This document shows, piece after piece, positions 9,338 through 20,423 of a DNA stretch of 64,000 bases. The translations under genes were made by a program, and so were the position numbers. The number at the start of each line of letters is the position of its first letter. Positions within the stretch are counted from its first letter, which is position 1. The stretch spans positions 1-64,000 of the IMG/VR virus record IMGVR_UViG_3300031867_000009, one strand, 5' to 3'. The notes under the pieces were generated by a model, which saw only the letters and a program-made list of their open reading frames with translations, searched no databases and was not told where the DNA came from. Source of the DNA: a virus. Its lineage: Duplodnaviria; Caudoviricetes.

Positions 9338-12300
9338 ATGGCCCAACAATTTGATATAGTTGGTAATCTATTATTAAAGGTCGATGGGGCAGAGGCTGGA
9401 CTTAATAAATTAAAAAATAGTTTAAGTCAACTTAAAATGCCAGCTAATTTAGATTCTAATTTGAAAAAAAGTTTTTCTAATTTAGATGGTTTATTTGCAA
9501 AGTATAGAGCTCAATTAAAAGATGGTTTTAATACTAAGGGAGATGTAACATCTTTTGCTAAAACCGGGAAACAAATTGAAGCTGAATATGATAGAATTGC
9601 AGCAACCGTTTCAAAATTAACTGGTAAAGATATAAGTTTTAAAGTAGATTTAACTACTATACAAAATTTAGAAAAAGAGATTGAAAGAGTAGTTACTTTA
9701 AAAGAAAAATTATCTCAAGACATTAAAGGTGGTTTAGGATTAAATGATTATTTAAAAGCTATGCAGGCCTCAGATGTTGGTCGAAGAGGTACAAAAGTTT
9801 TCGATGCTTCAAATATGTTACAGACATCTTTAGGGCGCGGAGACCTTGAAAAAGCTAAGACTGATGTAGAGGGTTTAATTTCTGAATTAAATCGTATGTC
9901 TGATGCTCGTAAAAAGGCTTTAGAAAGTCATACTGGAATAGCATTTAATCAAATTATTACTGAATTAAGAACTAAGGTCACTGATGCTGATCAGGCTATG
10001 AATAAATTTGGTAATGATATTAAAACCACTTCTGATACTATAGCTCAAATTCGGGCAGATGGGGTAGATAAGGTTACTACTGCTTTAAATGAAGCAGTAA
10101 ATGGTACAGATAAAGCTCAGTCTGGTTTTAAACAATTGAATGGCACAGCACAAGAGACTGCTAATAGTATGCTCTCAATGACAAAACAAGTAGAACAGCT
10201 ACAACAGTCAACTCAATATTTCTTTAGTTTAAGAAATATGATTAATCTTTTTAAACGAGGAATTGATGATGCCGTTCAATCAGTTAAGGAGCTTGATAAA
10301 GCTATGACTGACACTGCGGTAGTTACTGATTATAATATTAGTGATTTATGGGGTATGTTACCACAATATACTCAAATTGCTAATGAATTAGGGGCAACTA
10401 CTCAGGGAGCTTATGAAACAATGACCTTGTATTTCCAACAAGGTTTAGATCAACAACAAGCGTTTGAAGTTGGCGCGGAAACCATGAAAATGGCGCGTAT
10501 TGCAGGGCTTGAATATGCTGAAGCAACTGATATGATGACTGCGGCGCTTCGTGGTTTTAATATGGAATTAAATGATACTTCAGCTAAGCGTGTTAATGAT
10601 GTATATTCTGAATTAGCAGCTATTACGGCATCTGATACTGAAGAACTTGGTACAGCTATGCAACGTACCGCATCGATTGCGCATTCAGCAGGAGCAAGTT
10701 TTGAAGGAACTACAGCGTTTTTAGCTCAAGCGATTGAAACAACAAGAGAGCCAGCTGAAAATATTGGTACTGCAATGAAGACTATTATTGCACGTTTCCA
10801 AGAAATGAAAAAGAATCCTCTTGAAATTAGTGAAGTTGAAGGAGAGGAAGTAGATTTTAATAAAATTGATGCGGCCTTAAAAACAATTGGTGTTGATTTA
10901 GTAGATACAAATGGTCAGTTTAGAGAATGGGATAAAGTTATGCTTGATATTTCTGCTAGATGGGATACATTATCTCAAAGTCAGCAGAGATATATAGCTA
11001 CAGTTGCGGCCGGCTCTAGACAACAATCTCGTTTTATTGCGATGGTCAGCAATTATGATCGTACTATGGAATTAATGGCAGCCGCTAATAATAGTACTGG
11101 TGCTTCCGAAGAACAGTTTGGTAAAACTATGGATTCTTTAGAAGCAAAATTAAATAAACTTCATAATGCATGGCAACGCTTTACAATGGGTATTGCCAAC
11201 AATGGCATGATTAAATTGGCTGTTGATGGTATTACTGGATTATTAACAGTTACTAATAATTTAATTGATGTATTTAGTTTAGGCATAGGACCAGTTAAAT
11301 CATTATTATCATTATTAATGGCATTTACTGGACTGAAGGCAGCTGGTCGTGTAGCTAATAGTATGATCGGTGGATTGGGAGGTTTATTAGATCCACAATC
11401 TAGCTTTTTTAAAGGTGCTAAAGGGGGTTTCATTAAAAACACCGATTCAAACGCACAAGCTAATGCTATTTCTAATCCAATAGTGCAAGCAATTCATCAA
11501 TTGCAAGCGGCATTAACTGGTAAAGGAGTATTTGAAAATACTGCTAAAACTAATACTGCAAGCTATGAACAATTTAAAACTGCAAATACAGATTTAAGAA
11601 CTCTTTTAAAAAATACTGGCGCTGAAGGTACATTATCTTTATCTGCTGCTTATGGAAAAATTAGTGGTTTAGATAATAAGCAGCAAGCTGCTATTTTACA
11701 ACAATTACCAGGTTTACAATTAAATTTAAAACGAGATGGAATACAGTTTGATACAAACGGTTTAAAAAATAAATCAGCAGAATTAATTAAAAGTTTTACA
11801 AACGAAATTAATGAAGGATTAAAAAATAATACAATTACTCCTCAGAATGCAATGCAAATTTTTGGGACTCCAGCTGGTTTTAAAAAAGCTATGGAAGCCA
11901 GAGGACCAGAATATGTTCAAGCTGCTCAAGAAGCTTTTGGTGATGCTCTTAAACAACAATTTACTCAAGAAGAGTTTTATAAACAAGCTAGAGAAAGTTT
12001 AATGTCTTCTGAAGATTATAGTTATTTAAGTGAAGAAGATTTACATATAGCTGCGACCAAAGAAGCAGCAAAAGCTTATGAGGCCCAAACTAAAGCACTA
12101 GAAAATTTCAATAAACGCGCGACAATAACCCAAACAAAAGGAGCAATGATAGCTAATTCTATGGGTAATGTTGGTACTGCTGCAACATCAGCAGGTCAAG
12201 GAATTGCTCAATTGGGTATGCAGTTGTCAAATGCTGGTTTTGATAAGGCGGGCGCGGCAGTAACTAATTTAGGTTATCAAATTTCTTCTTTAGGTCAAAT

Positions 12301-15300
12301 TGCCGCAAGTACAGGTAGTTTAGTAGGTAAAATTACTGATGCGGGTGGCATAGGAGGATTACTTTCTGCTCATCCATATATTGCTGCAGCCGGCGTAGCA
12401 ATTGCTGCAGTAGGTGGTATTATTGCATTAGCCAAAGCACAAGAAAAACATGCCCGTGAAGCAGCTGAGAAAACAGTTAAAACCTATACTGATACAATTA
12501 ATGAAACTACAGAAAAAATTTCAACCTTAAATTCAGCTAAAGACATATTTAGTCAATTGTCATCGGGCGTTGATGAGTATGGAAATAATATTGGTTTAAC
12601 AGTTGATGAATATGATCAATATTTACAAACTAGTCAAGAGGTTGCTAAAATTGCTCCAGAGTTAATTCGTGGTTATGATGCTCAGGGGCGTGCAATTATA
12701 GATACTGGTTCTGCAATTGATCAATTAATTAGTAAACAAGAAGAATTACAAAATTCAGCTAGGGATACTTTTGTTTCCGATTCTTCTATTAATGATTTAG
12801 TCTCTGGAATTCGAGTATCTGATGCTTTTAAAGATAATTCTAAAAATGTTTTTGGAGATAATTTAGGTTATTTACAAAAACAAACCGGAGCCTTACGAAA
12901 AGCTTTACAATCTGTTGGTACTGAAGAATTTGACGCGGCTACCAAACAATTATTTGGACGTGAAGTAAATCTAATCAATCCAAGTCCAGATGACTTACGA
13001 TTAATTTCGGAACATTATGGAGATATTTATCGATTAATTGAAAGTAAAAATCAAGATTTAACTGATAGACAAAAAGAAGGATTGCAAAATGCTTTTGCAG
13101 ATTTAGGTAGTGGTTGGAAGGATATGTCTGAAGAATTACAACCTTTATCTCAAGCAATCGGTCAATATTTAAGTTCTGAAGGATTAGATACAATTGGACT
13201 AAATCTTGGGGAAGAGTTTACTGGAGCTTTCAATGCTGGGTTGCAAGATTTAACAATGACCGCAGCAATGGAAAACTGGGACGCTTCAGAAATTAAAGCA
13301 ACTGCACGTGAATACGCAGAAGGCTTTAAAGAAATGACTCAGGAAGGCAGTGAATATGCTAGTATAATGGAAAAAGTTGCTGCCGAACAAGAAAAATATG
13401 ATGATGCTCTTGGTGAAGCAGGAGCAATTGATAATTATAAAGCTGCAGTAGAAGACTATGCAACCGAATTAGAAAATTTAGCTGATAAGTATGATGATGG
13501 TACTGTTGCTGGACAATTGTTTGCAAATAGTTTAAGAGAAACAGCAGGACATATTCGTAATTATGCTACTGAAAGTGTAATTTCTTTAGGTGAAGCTATT
13601 AATACCTTATCAGATGAATTTACTTCTGCACGTGGAGCTCAAGAACGCTTTCAAGAAGCGACAAAAAATGGAGATTATTACACTGCTGCAGAAGGTTATA
13701 AGGGTATTATTGATACGGTTTTAGACGAAAAAAATCTTGCCGGTAGTGGTTCATTAACATTTTGGGCTGGCGCGGATGAATTATTAGGAAAAGATTTTGT
13801 TGATACTAGTAGTTATGATGAAGTAGTAGCACAAATTAAAAAAGTTCAAGATTGTTTTGCTGATGGGTCAGAAGGAGCATTAGCTTTTAATGATTTATTA
13901 GTTGAAAACCAAGATAAACTTAAAGGATTAGGATACGCTGTTGGCAATGATTGGCATTTTGATTTACAGACTGAAGATTTAGAAGAATATGCTAAGGTTT
14001 TAGGTATGTCAGAAGAAGCTTTAGCTAGTTTAATTGATAAAGCACGTCAATGGGTTCCAATGGATTTGGGTGATCCTAAAAAAATTCGTCAGGCTTTAGA
14101 AGCTAGTGAAACTTCAATGTCTGGTACCTCATCAAGAGGTGAAAACTTATTATATACTTCAGAATCTAGTTTTAGAGAGGAAGCTAGACAGCAAGGTATT
14201 AGAGGTAATGATTATACAAAAACTAAAACTGATGCTGAATCTCAAGGAATTAGATTTTTAAATGTAGAAAATTTAACCACAAAAAATGGTGATGGTTTAT
14301 ATGCAGATCAAGTTTTAGAAAATATAGGATTAAAAGGAGCAGATAAAACTCTCAATAATGCTACTGCAGCTCTTGCAAAAATGGGGTTTGATTTAGAAGA
14401 CACTAAACAAATTCTTACGGCAGATGGTTTAAAATTAGCAGATGGACAAGCAACAGCAGAGGATGTAGAAAAGGCTTATAATGAACAAGCTTATGCTATG
14501 GAAAACCCTACGGTTGCTGGTATTGCTAATGATACGGGAATAATTGCTAGTGCTGCAACTGCTATGCTTGCTAGTATGGGTATTTTAACCGATGAAGCAA
14601 AGAAAGATATTGAACAATCTACTTCAAAAGATACCGTAGATGGAGCAAAACAAACTTTAAATCCAGAAGGAGGTTTTAAAACCACAGCAGAACATGATGC
14701 TGCAGTTAGCCAAGTTCAAGCAAGAATCGCAGATTATGAGTCTACGATAAATTTATTAAAACAAAGTGGTAATGATGCATTATTACCTCAAATTCAACAA
14801 TTGGAAGCTGCTAGAGATAGTTTACAACAGGCTTTAGATGCAGATACAGATTCTTGGGAAGCTAAGATTGAGGGTGCAAAAAATTATGTTGAGGGTATTG
14901 GAAAAACTGTTCAAGAACAAAGCTTTTTAGATGCTCATGCTTTTGATATACAACAAGCTTTACAAAGTTCAGACCCAACTACATTAGTAACAACCTTACA
15001 ACAATTACAACAAGAAGGTAATTTAAGTGCCCAAACAATGATAGATTTGGGTGCTAGTTTAAGTCATTTAGAAGGTAGCGAAGTTTATTTGGCCGCGCTT
15101 AATAGTTTAATGGGTAATTACCAAGAACAAGTTAGGGCAGCTAGAGATGAAACGTATCAACCCTTTGTCATAACTTCTAAATTAGAAGGAGATGATTTAG
15201 AAAGTTATATTAGTGGTATTGATAATTTAACTTTTAAAGAACGTGAAATTCTTATAGCAACTGATTTATACGGCGATGAAAAAGTTACCGCTTTTATTGA

Positions 15301-18300
15301 TGAATTAAATACAGAACTTGATGGTGATAATACTACTAAAACAGTTTTAATTGAAGCTACAGCAAAAATTGCTAATGGTGATACTGCTGGTGCTAATGAG
15401 TTGTTACAGGGGGCTTTTGGTGATCAAGCACAACAAGTTGAAAGTAAGTTAGAAATTTTATGTAGTGGTAATGTTGCTAATGCTAATGAAGTACAACAAT
15501 CGATTGAATCACAAATTCAAGCTTTACCTATTGAAACTCAAATAGAAACTAATGTTAAAGCTAATGTAACTGCAACCTATACTGGGACAGCTCCAAAAGC
15601 ACAAAATGCAACAGTTAATTATACCAAAGGTAAACAAGATAATCCAGATAAGAAGAGTACAACTGTAGATTATACTTTAGGAAAACAAGACCCTCCAAAA
15701 ACTAAAGATGCTGGTGTTAATTATACGTGGAAAAGTCAAGATGAGCCTAAAGATAAGGTTGCTTATGTTACCTATAAAGAAAGAGCACGTGGTCAAAATT
15801 ATTTAATTCCTGCTCATCAGTCTATATCATTTGGTTCTGCTGCAGATGGATTAAATTTACCAAAAAAGAAGCAAGCTGCGGGTTCAATAATGACAGCTTT
15901 AGTTGGGGAAGAAGGATATGAAGTGGGGTATATTCCTTCAGAGGGACGCTCAGTAATTTTTGGAGCTAATGGTCCAGAAATGACTTCTTTCCCAAAGGAT
16001 ACTATTATATATCCACACAAACAATCCAAAGAAATTTTACGTCGTGGAAAGAATGATCATAAAACTTTAGGTTCTTTTGGTGGCGGAAAAGATAGTATTT
16101 CTAGTGGTGGTTTACGATCATCTATTACGGGCAAATCTAGTACCTCTAGCAGTCAAGATACAAAAAAACAAAGTAAAGATACTAATAAAGATGTTAAAAA
16201 AGCTGCGAAACAAGTTGAAAAAACTGTTAAAGATGTTGGAGATAAAGTTTATAAAGTAACTGTTTGGTGGGAAAATATAGCTCGTAGTACCCAAGATACC
16301 CAACGTAAAATGGATAGGGCTGCGAAAGATTTTGAAAAATATACAAAAGAAATGCAGGCCACTTTAAAGAAAACAGGACAATCTGTTAGTTCTGGGGGTG
16401 GCGGCGGCGATGATTATATTAAAAATATTCAGGCTTATAAACAATTAAATGAACAACAAAAAGATAGAGCAAATTTAGAATTAAATGCTTTAGAAACTAG
16501 TGGATTAAATCGAAAAACTAAACAAAAGCAACTTAAGAAAGAATATAAAAAAGGTAACATTGCTGTTGAAGAAGTTTCTTATAAAAAGAAAGGCAAAAGT
16601 AAAACAGATTATGTTGATTTATCTAAATATATTAAAAATGGCCAAGTAGATGAAAAAGCGTTAAAAAATATTACAAATTCTGCTAAACGTAAAGCGGTAG
16701 CTGAAGCAGCGAGTAAAGCTTTAAATGATGAGCGTTCAAAGCGTAATTCAGCAGAAGATAATATTATAAAAGCTCAAGAAGCTCTTGAAAAAATGGGTGA
16801 AGAGCTTTACAACACATTCTTTGCCTGGGAGATTGAATTAACTAAAATTTGGAATTTAACTAAACAAATTGAGGCTACTGAGAAAAATATATCTCGAACT
16901 AAAACTTTTCAAGAAACTTTAGATAAACAATTAAGTACGGGTAGAGCAAAATATAATGATCCAGGTTTTGCACAAAAATCTATGGCTGCTTTTAATACTG
17001 GTCTTTCCGAATCAATCAATAAAATTCATGCTCAAATGGAGTTGGTAGATCAGCAAAAGAAAACTCTACAAGATACATTAAGTATAGAAGATGAAAAAAC
17101 CACTTTAGCTGCAGTACAAGCAAAATTAAATCAACGTGCAGTTTTAGATAAAGCGACTGAGCAAAAGAAAAGTGCACTTAATCAAGCTCAAGCAAAATTA
17201 AATGATGCTAAACAGCGTCAAGCTGCAAAAGAACAAACTATTAAAGATTTAAAAAAGAAAAAGAAAAATGCGTCAAAGAGTAAAAAAAGCAAAATACAAA
17301 AACAAATAGATGCAGCAGAAAAAGAACTTAAAAATATTAAAAATGAAGTTAATACTTATACACAACAAGTTAATAGTGCCAATACAGCTTATCAATCTGC
17401 TTTAACTGCCGCAACCAATAACTTAAGTGATACCGAAAAATTAGGATATGAAAATTATAGAGATGCCTTACAAGATCAAATAAAAGCTCAAACAGAGGCG
17501 AAGAAATATCTTACAATTACACAAAATGGTGATGGAACAGTATCAGTTGATTTTGATACTGAGAAATTTGAAGCTGAAAAGTTAAAAGGAAATATTACCG
17601 AAGAACAAGGAAAAGCTATACAAGATTATGTTAAAGAAATTACAGATAATAGTGCGGCGTTAAGTGATGCATATCAATCTGCTAATGCTAGTATTAATGA
17701 ATTATATGATGAACTTGAACAGTTACAAAATGAATGGGTCGATTATGCTAATGAATTATGGGATATACACGATAAAGAAGTAAAAGAGCGCACTGATAAT
17801 CTTAAAAAATTAAGCGATTCAATTAATAAAGCATTAAAGAAATTATTAGATGATGTAAAACGTAAACTTGATGAGCGTAGACAACAAGAAGACAATCGTA
17901 AAACAGAATTAGATATTTCTCAGAAACAGCAACGTTTAGCAATGTTACAGGCAGATACTTCTGGCGGACATCAAGTAGAGATTGCACAATTACAAAAAGA
18001 AATTGCTGAGGCTCAACAAAATTATCAACGTAGTTTAGAAGATCAATTATTAGATAAATTACAACAACAAGCAGATTTGGCCGCAGAACAAAGAGAAAGA
18101 CAAATAGAATTAGAAGAAGAAATTTCTGAAGGAGTTAATAATGCTGCATTAGTTGATATGTGGATGGAAAATCCTGAAGAATTTGAAGATGATATTTATG
18201 AAGCTTTTAAAAAAGCTAATGATTATGATAAAAAACCAAAAGTTTTACAAGAAGATTTAGATACAAAATTTGGAAAACTAATGAATGGTTTAACCACTAA

Positions 18301-19210
18301 TCAGAAGAAACAAGAAGCGGTTAATGATGCCATTGATAGTATAGAAGATACTGTAGATAAAATTAGGTTAAGTTTAGCTTTAATGACAGCTAATATATCT
18401 AATGCAAAAGATGTCGGTCTTACACTTAAAGAAGCTCATGAATATCTAGGTGCATCATATAAAGATTTAGGTGACCCAAGTAAGGGTAAGTATACTATAC
18501 AAGATTTTATTGATGAAGGTATTAGTTATGCAGACGCCAAACAAGCTTTCGCGCCTGATAAACTAAAAGAATATGAATTTTATAGAGAAGAAGCAACTAA
18601 AGATATTATAGATACAGCAAAATTAAATTTAGATAAAGCTTGGAAAGCATATTATTATAGTAATCAACAAACTGTTGATAATTATAATAAAGCTCTTGCT
18701 ACAGCTCAACAATTAGGAATTGATACAAGTCAATATGATGTGGCAAAATTAATTGCAGAGCAAAAAAGCAAAGAAGAGGCAGAAAGAGTAGCACAAGCTG
18801 CAGTTGATGCTATACTTGCTTCACTACGTAGTTTAACAAATAGTTTTACATTCTCTGCAAGAACTCAAGCCAGTCAAATTACTGCAATTGGAGTACGATA
18901 TGCAACCGGTGGTCTTGCTGATTTTAACGGGCCAGCCTGGCTTGATGGTACCCCTTCAAAACCAGAACTTGTATTAAATCCACAAGATACTCAAAACTTC
19001 CTTGCATTACGTGATGTATTAAGTAAAGCAATTGGCTCAACCAATTCAATTAATAATTCATATGACGGAGATAATATATTTGAAATTAATGTGAATGTAG
19101 ATAAAATTGAGAAAGATTACGATGTAGATAGAGTAATAGAAAAAGTCAAGAAAGAAATTACAAAAGGCGCAGGATACAGAAACGTAACACAAGTAAGAAA
19201 CTTTAGATAA
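9338..19210 (+). CDS. Tail tape measure protein (3290 aa)
   Basis: TP901-like TMP core (ELDKAMT...MARIAG...IGTAMKTIIAR...AGSRQQSRF), hydrophobic segments, long coiled coils, C-terminal YATGG...PELVLN. Confidence 0.9.
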   Translation: MAQQFDIVGNLLLKVDGAEAGLNKLKNSLSQLKMPANLDSNLKKSFSNLDGLFAKYRAQLKDGFNTKGDVTSFAKTGKQIEAEYDRIAATVSKLTGKDISFKVDLTTIQNLEKEIERVVTLKEKLSQDIKGGLGLNDYLKAMQASDVGRRGTKVFDASNMLQTSLGRGDLEKAKTDVEGLISELNRMSDARKKALESHTGIAFNQIITELRTKVTDADQAMNKFGNDIKTTSDTIAQIRADGVDKVTTALNEAVNGTDKAQSGFKQLNGTAQETANSMLSMTKQVEQLQQSTQYFFSLRNMINLFKRGIDDAVQSVKELDKAMTDTAVVTDYNISDLWGMLPQYTQIANELGATTQGAYETMTLYFQQGLDQQQAFEVGAETMKMARIAGLEYAEATDMMTAALRGFNMELNDTSAKRVNDVYSELAAITASDTEELGTAMQRTASIAHSAGASFEGTTAFLAQAIETTREPAENIGTAMKTIIARFQEMKKNPLEISEVEGEEVDFNKIDAALKTIGVDLVDTNGQFREWDKVMLDISARWDTLSQSQQRYIATVAAGSRQQSRFIAMVSNYDRTMELMAAANNSTGASEEQFGKTMDSLEAKLNKLHNAWQRFTMGIANNGMIKLAVDGITGLLTVTNNLIDVFSLGIGPVKSLLSLLMAFTGLKAAGRVANSMIGGLGGLLDPQSSFFKGAKGGFIKNTDSNAQANAISNPIVQAIHQLQAALTGKGVFENTAKTNTASYEQFKTANTDLRTLLKNTGAEGTLSLSAAYGKISGLDNKQQAAILQQLPGLQLNLKRDGIQFDTNGLKNKSAELIKSFTNEINEGLKNNTITPQNAMQIFGTPAGFKKAMEARGPEYVQAAQEAFGDALKQQFTQEEFYKQARESLMSSEDYSYLSEEDLHIAATKEAAKAYEAQTKALENFNKRATITQTKGAMIANSMGNVGTAATSAGQGIAQLGMQLSNAGFDKAGAAVTNLGYQISSLGQIAASTGSLVGKITDAGGIGGLLSAHPYIAAAGVAIAAVGGIIALAKAQEKHAREAAEKTVKTYTDTINETTEKISTLNSAKDIFSQLSSGVDEYGNNIGLTVDEYDQYLQTSQEVAKIAPELIRGYDAQGRAIIDTGSAIDQLISKQEELQNSARDTFVSDSSINDLVSGIRVSDAFKDNSKNVFGDNLGYLQKQTGALRKALQSVGTEEFDAATKQLFGREVNLINPSPDDLRLISEHYGDIYRLIESKNQDLTDRQKEGLQNAFADLGSGWKDMSEELQPLSQAIGQYLSSEGLDTIGLNLGEEFTGAFNAGLQDLTMTAAMENWDASEIKATAREYAEGFKEMTQEGSEYASIMEKVAAEQEKYDDALGEAGAIDNYKAAVEDYATELENLADKYDDGTVAGQLFANSLRETAGHIRNYATESVISLGEAINTLSDEFTSARGAQERFQEATKNGDYYTAAEGYKGIIDTVLDEKNLAGSGSLTFWAGADELLGKDFVDTSSYDEVVAQIKKVQDCFADGSEGALAFNDLLVENQDKLKGLGYAVGNDWHFDLQTEDLEEYAKVLGMSEEALASLIDKARQWVPMDLGDPKKIRQALEASETSMSGTSSRGENLLYTSESSFREEARQQGIRGNDYTKTKTDAESQGIRFLNVENLTTKNGDGLYADQVLENIGLKGADKTLNNATAALAKMGFDLEDTKQILTADGLKLADGQATAEDVEKAYNEQAYAMENPTVAGIANDTGIIASAATAMLASMGILTDEAKKDIEQSTSKDTVDGAKQTLNPEGGFKTTAEHDAAVSQVQARIADYESTINLLKQSGNDALLPQIQQLEAARDSLQQALDADTDSWEAKIEGAKNYVEGIGKTVQEQSFLDAHAFDIQQALQSSDPTTLVTTLQQLQQEGNLSAQTMIDLGASLSHLEGSEVYLAALNSLMGNYQEQVRAARDETYQPFVITSKLEGDDLESYISGIDNLTFKEREILIATDLYGDEKVTAFIDELNTELDGDNTTKTVLIEATAKIANGDTAGANELLQGAFGDQAQQVESKLEILCSGNVANANEVQQSIESQIQALPIETQIETNVKANVTATYTGTAPKAQNATVNYTKGKQDNPDKKSTTVDYTLGKQDPPKTKDAGVNYTWKSQDEPKDKVAYVTYKERARGQNYLIPAHQSISFGSAADGLNLPKKKQAAGSIMTALVGEEGYEVGYIPSEGRSVIFGANGPEMTSFPKDTIIYPHKQSKEILRRGKNDHKTLGSFGGGKDSISSGGLRSSITGKSSTSSSQDTKKQSKDTNKDVKKAAKQVEKTVKDVGDKVYKVTVWWENIARSTQDTQRKMDRAAKDFEKYTKEMQATLKKTGQSVSSGGGGGDDYIKNIQAYKQLNEQQKDRANLELNALETSGLNRKTKQKQLKKEYKKGNIAVEEVSYKKKGKSKTDYVDLSKYIKNGQVDEKALKNITNSAKRKAVAEAASKALNDERSKRNSAEDNIIKAQEALEKMGEELYNTFFAWEIELTKIWNLTKQIEATEKNISRTKTFQETLDKQLSTGRAKYNDPGFAQKSMAAFNTGLSESINKIHAQMELVDQQKKTLQDTLSIEDEKTTLAAVQAKLNQRAVLDKATEQKKSALNQAQAKLNDAKQRQAAKEQTIKDLKKKKKNASKSKKSKIQKQIDAAEKELKNIKNEVNTYTQQVNSANTAYQSALTAATNNLSDTEKLGYENYRDALQDQIKAQTEAKKYLTITQNGDGTVSVDFDTEKFEAEKLKGNITEEQGKAIQDYVKEITDNSAALSDAYQSANASINELYDELEQLQNEWVDYANELWDIHDKEVKERTDNLKKLSDSINKALKKLLDDVKRKLDERRQQEDNRKTELDISQKQQRLAMLQADTSGGHQVEIAQLQKEIAEAQQNYQRSLEDQLLDKLQQQADLAAEQRERQIELEEEISEGVNNAALVDMWMENPEEFEDDIYEAFKKANDYDKKPKVLQEDLDTKFGKLMNGLTTNQKKQEAVNDAIDSIEDTVDKIRLSLALMTANISNAKDVGLTLKEAHEYLGASYKDLGDPSKGKYTIQDFIDEGISYADAKQAFAPDKLKEYEFYREEATKDIIDTAKLNLDKAWKAYYYSNQQTVDNYNKALATAQQLGIDTSQYDVAKLIAEQKSKEEAERVAQAAVDAILASLRSLTNSFTFSARTQASQITAIGVRYATGGLADFNGPAWLDGTPSKPELVLNPQDTQNFLALRDVLSKAIGSTNSINNSYDGDNIFEINVNVDKIEKDYDVDRVIEKVKKEITKGAGYRNVTQVRNFR

Positions 19211-19215
19211 GCATT

Positions 19216-19243
19216 AAAAAAGAGGGTTTAAAACCCTCTTTTT
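19216..19243. terminator. Bidirectional terminator between convergent modules
   Basis: AAAAAAGAGGGTTT-A-AAACCCTCTTTTT. Confidence 0.85.
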
Positions 19244-19250
19244 ATTTGCT

Positions 19251-19637
19251 TTATTCCATAAATGGCATTAGCGCTTCAAGCTCCTCTGGAGTACATTCAA
19301 GATTCTCTCCAAGATCATCAAGTGTAAGTCCATAAGTTTCAACCTGAACTTCTAAACTCTGAAGGTCCTCAAGTGCTTTATTACATTCATCAACCATTCC
19401 ATCTTTAATTAAAATCTGATTTCCATCATCGCTAAATACAAGTTGCCCATTTTCATCATGCTTTGCATACTGTTCAACAATTTCTTGGAACTTTTCAGTA
19501 TAGAACTCACCTTCTTTCTCAACTGCTTTTTTAATTTTATTCAGTTTATATGCACCTTTAAGTGGAAGGGTTGTATTACTGAAAAAGTCTCCATTATTTC
19601 TAAAAGCAATAATTTGGTCCATTGTTACGTTAACCAT
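19251..19637 (-). CDS. Hypothetical protein
   Basis: 128-aa ORF with GGAGG RBS, last gene of the leftward operon. Confidence 0.7.
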   Translation of the reverse strand: MVNVTMDQIIAFRNNGDFFSNTTLPLKGAYKLNKIKKAVEKEGEFYTEKFQEIVEQYAKHDENGQLVFSDDGNQILIKDGMVDECNKALEDLQSLEVQVETYGLTLDDLGENLECTPEELEALMPFME

Positions 19638-19649
19638 TAACTAATCCTC

Positions 19650-20423
19650 CTATTCCCAGTTGAATATTTCAACTTTCTTTTTATGTTTGTCATTTATATA
19701 TTTACCGATTCCAATTGCATCAGCCACATCGTCAGAGACAGTTATATCAAACCATTCTTTAACTTTTGTTTGCATTGACCGCTTTCTATCCGCACGTGTG
19801 CGGCCCTTCACCTCGCAATGCGAACGCCATGTCGCGGGCGGGCATATGATGTAGTCAACACGTTGTTCTACACAAGTTGCCATAAGTATACCCTGCAGTC
19901 GCGCGAGTGTTTGATAAGTCGTGACTCCAACAGTTTTATTATTAAGTTGTTGCAATTGAATACCTTCGATACCAATTAAATCTGGCTTCCAATTTGCAAT
20001 TAATTGAATAAGCCAATTTTTTATTTCTATATCACGTTCTATTTCATCGTCTGCGGCCGCCTCAAATGTACCAGCATAGATAAGTTCTCCATCATCGAAA
20101 ATTGAATAGCCTGTACTATGAGTGGCTTGGTCAAGTCCAATTGAACGCTGTATATTCTTTTTCTTTGGAATTATTTTTTCTTCAAAATATGTGAATTGAT
20201 TTTTAATACAAATTGGACATTCCCATTTGTCTCTTACTTTTTTATATGGAAGAAAGACCTGATGTCCTTCTTCACATATAAATTCAAGTGTTGTATCTAA
20301 ATTTTTATACTCTGTTGAAACTAATTCCCAATTATGTTCTATCGCCGCCTTTCTTATATCTTCAATCCTTATTTTAGCCAATCGCTCCTGTTGAGCCGAA
20401 GCCACCGCCGCGGTCTTCGCCAA
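19650..20423 (-). CDS. RuvC-like Holliday junction resolvase with N-terminal Zn-ribbon (true start probably ~20381)
   Basis: RuvC catalytic motifs IGLDQAT..TGYS, IGIEG, DDVADAIGIG. N-terminal CEEGH...CPIC. Confidence 0.75.
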   Translation of the reverse strand: MAKTAAVASAQQERLAKIRIEDIRKAAIEHNWELVSTEYKNLDTTLEFICEEGHQVFLPYKKVRDKWECPICIKNQFTYFEEKIIPKKKNIQRSIGLDQATHSTGYSIFDDGELIYAGTFEAAADDEIERDIEIKNWLIQLIANWKPDLIGIEGIQLQQLNNKTVGVTTYQTLARLQGILMATCVEQRVDYIICPPATWRSHCEVKGRTRADRKRSMQTKVKEWFDITVSDDVADAIGIGKYINDKHKKKVEIFNWE

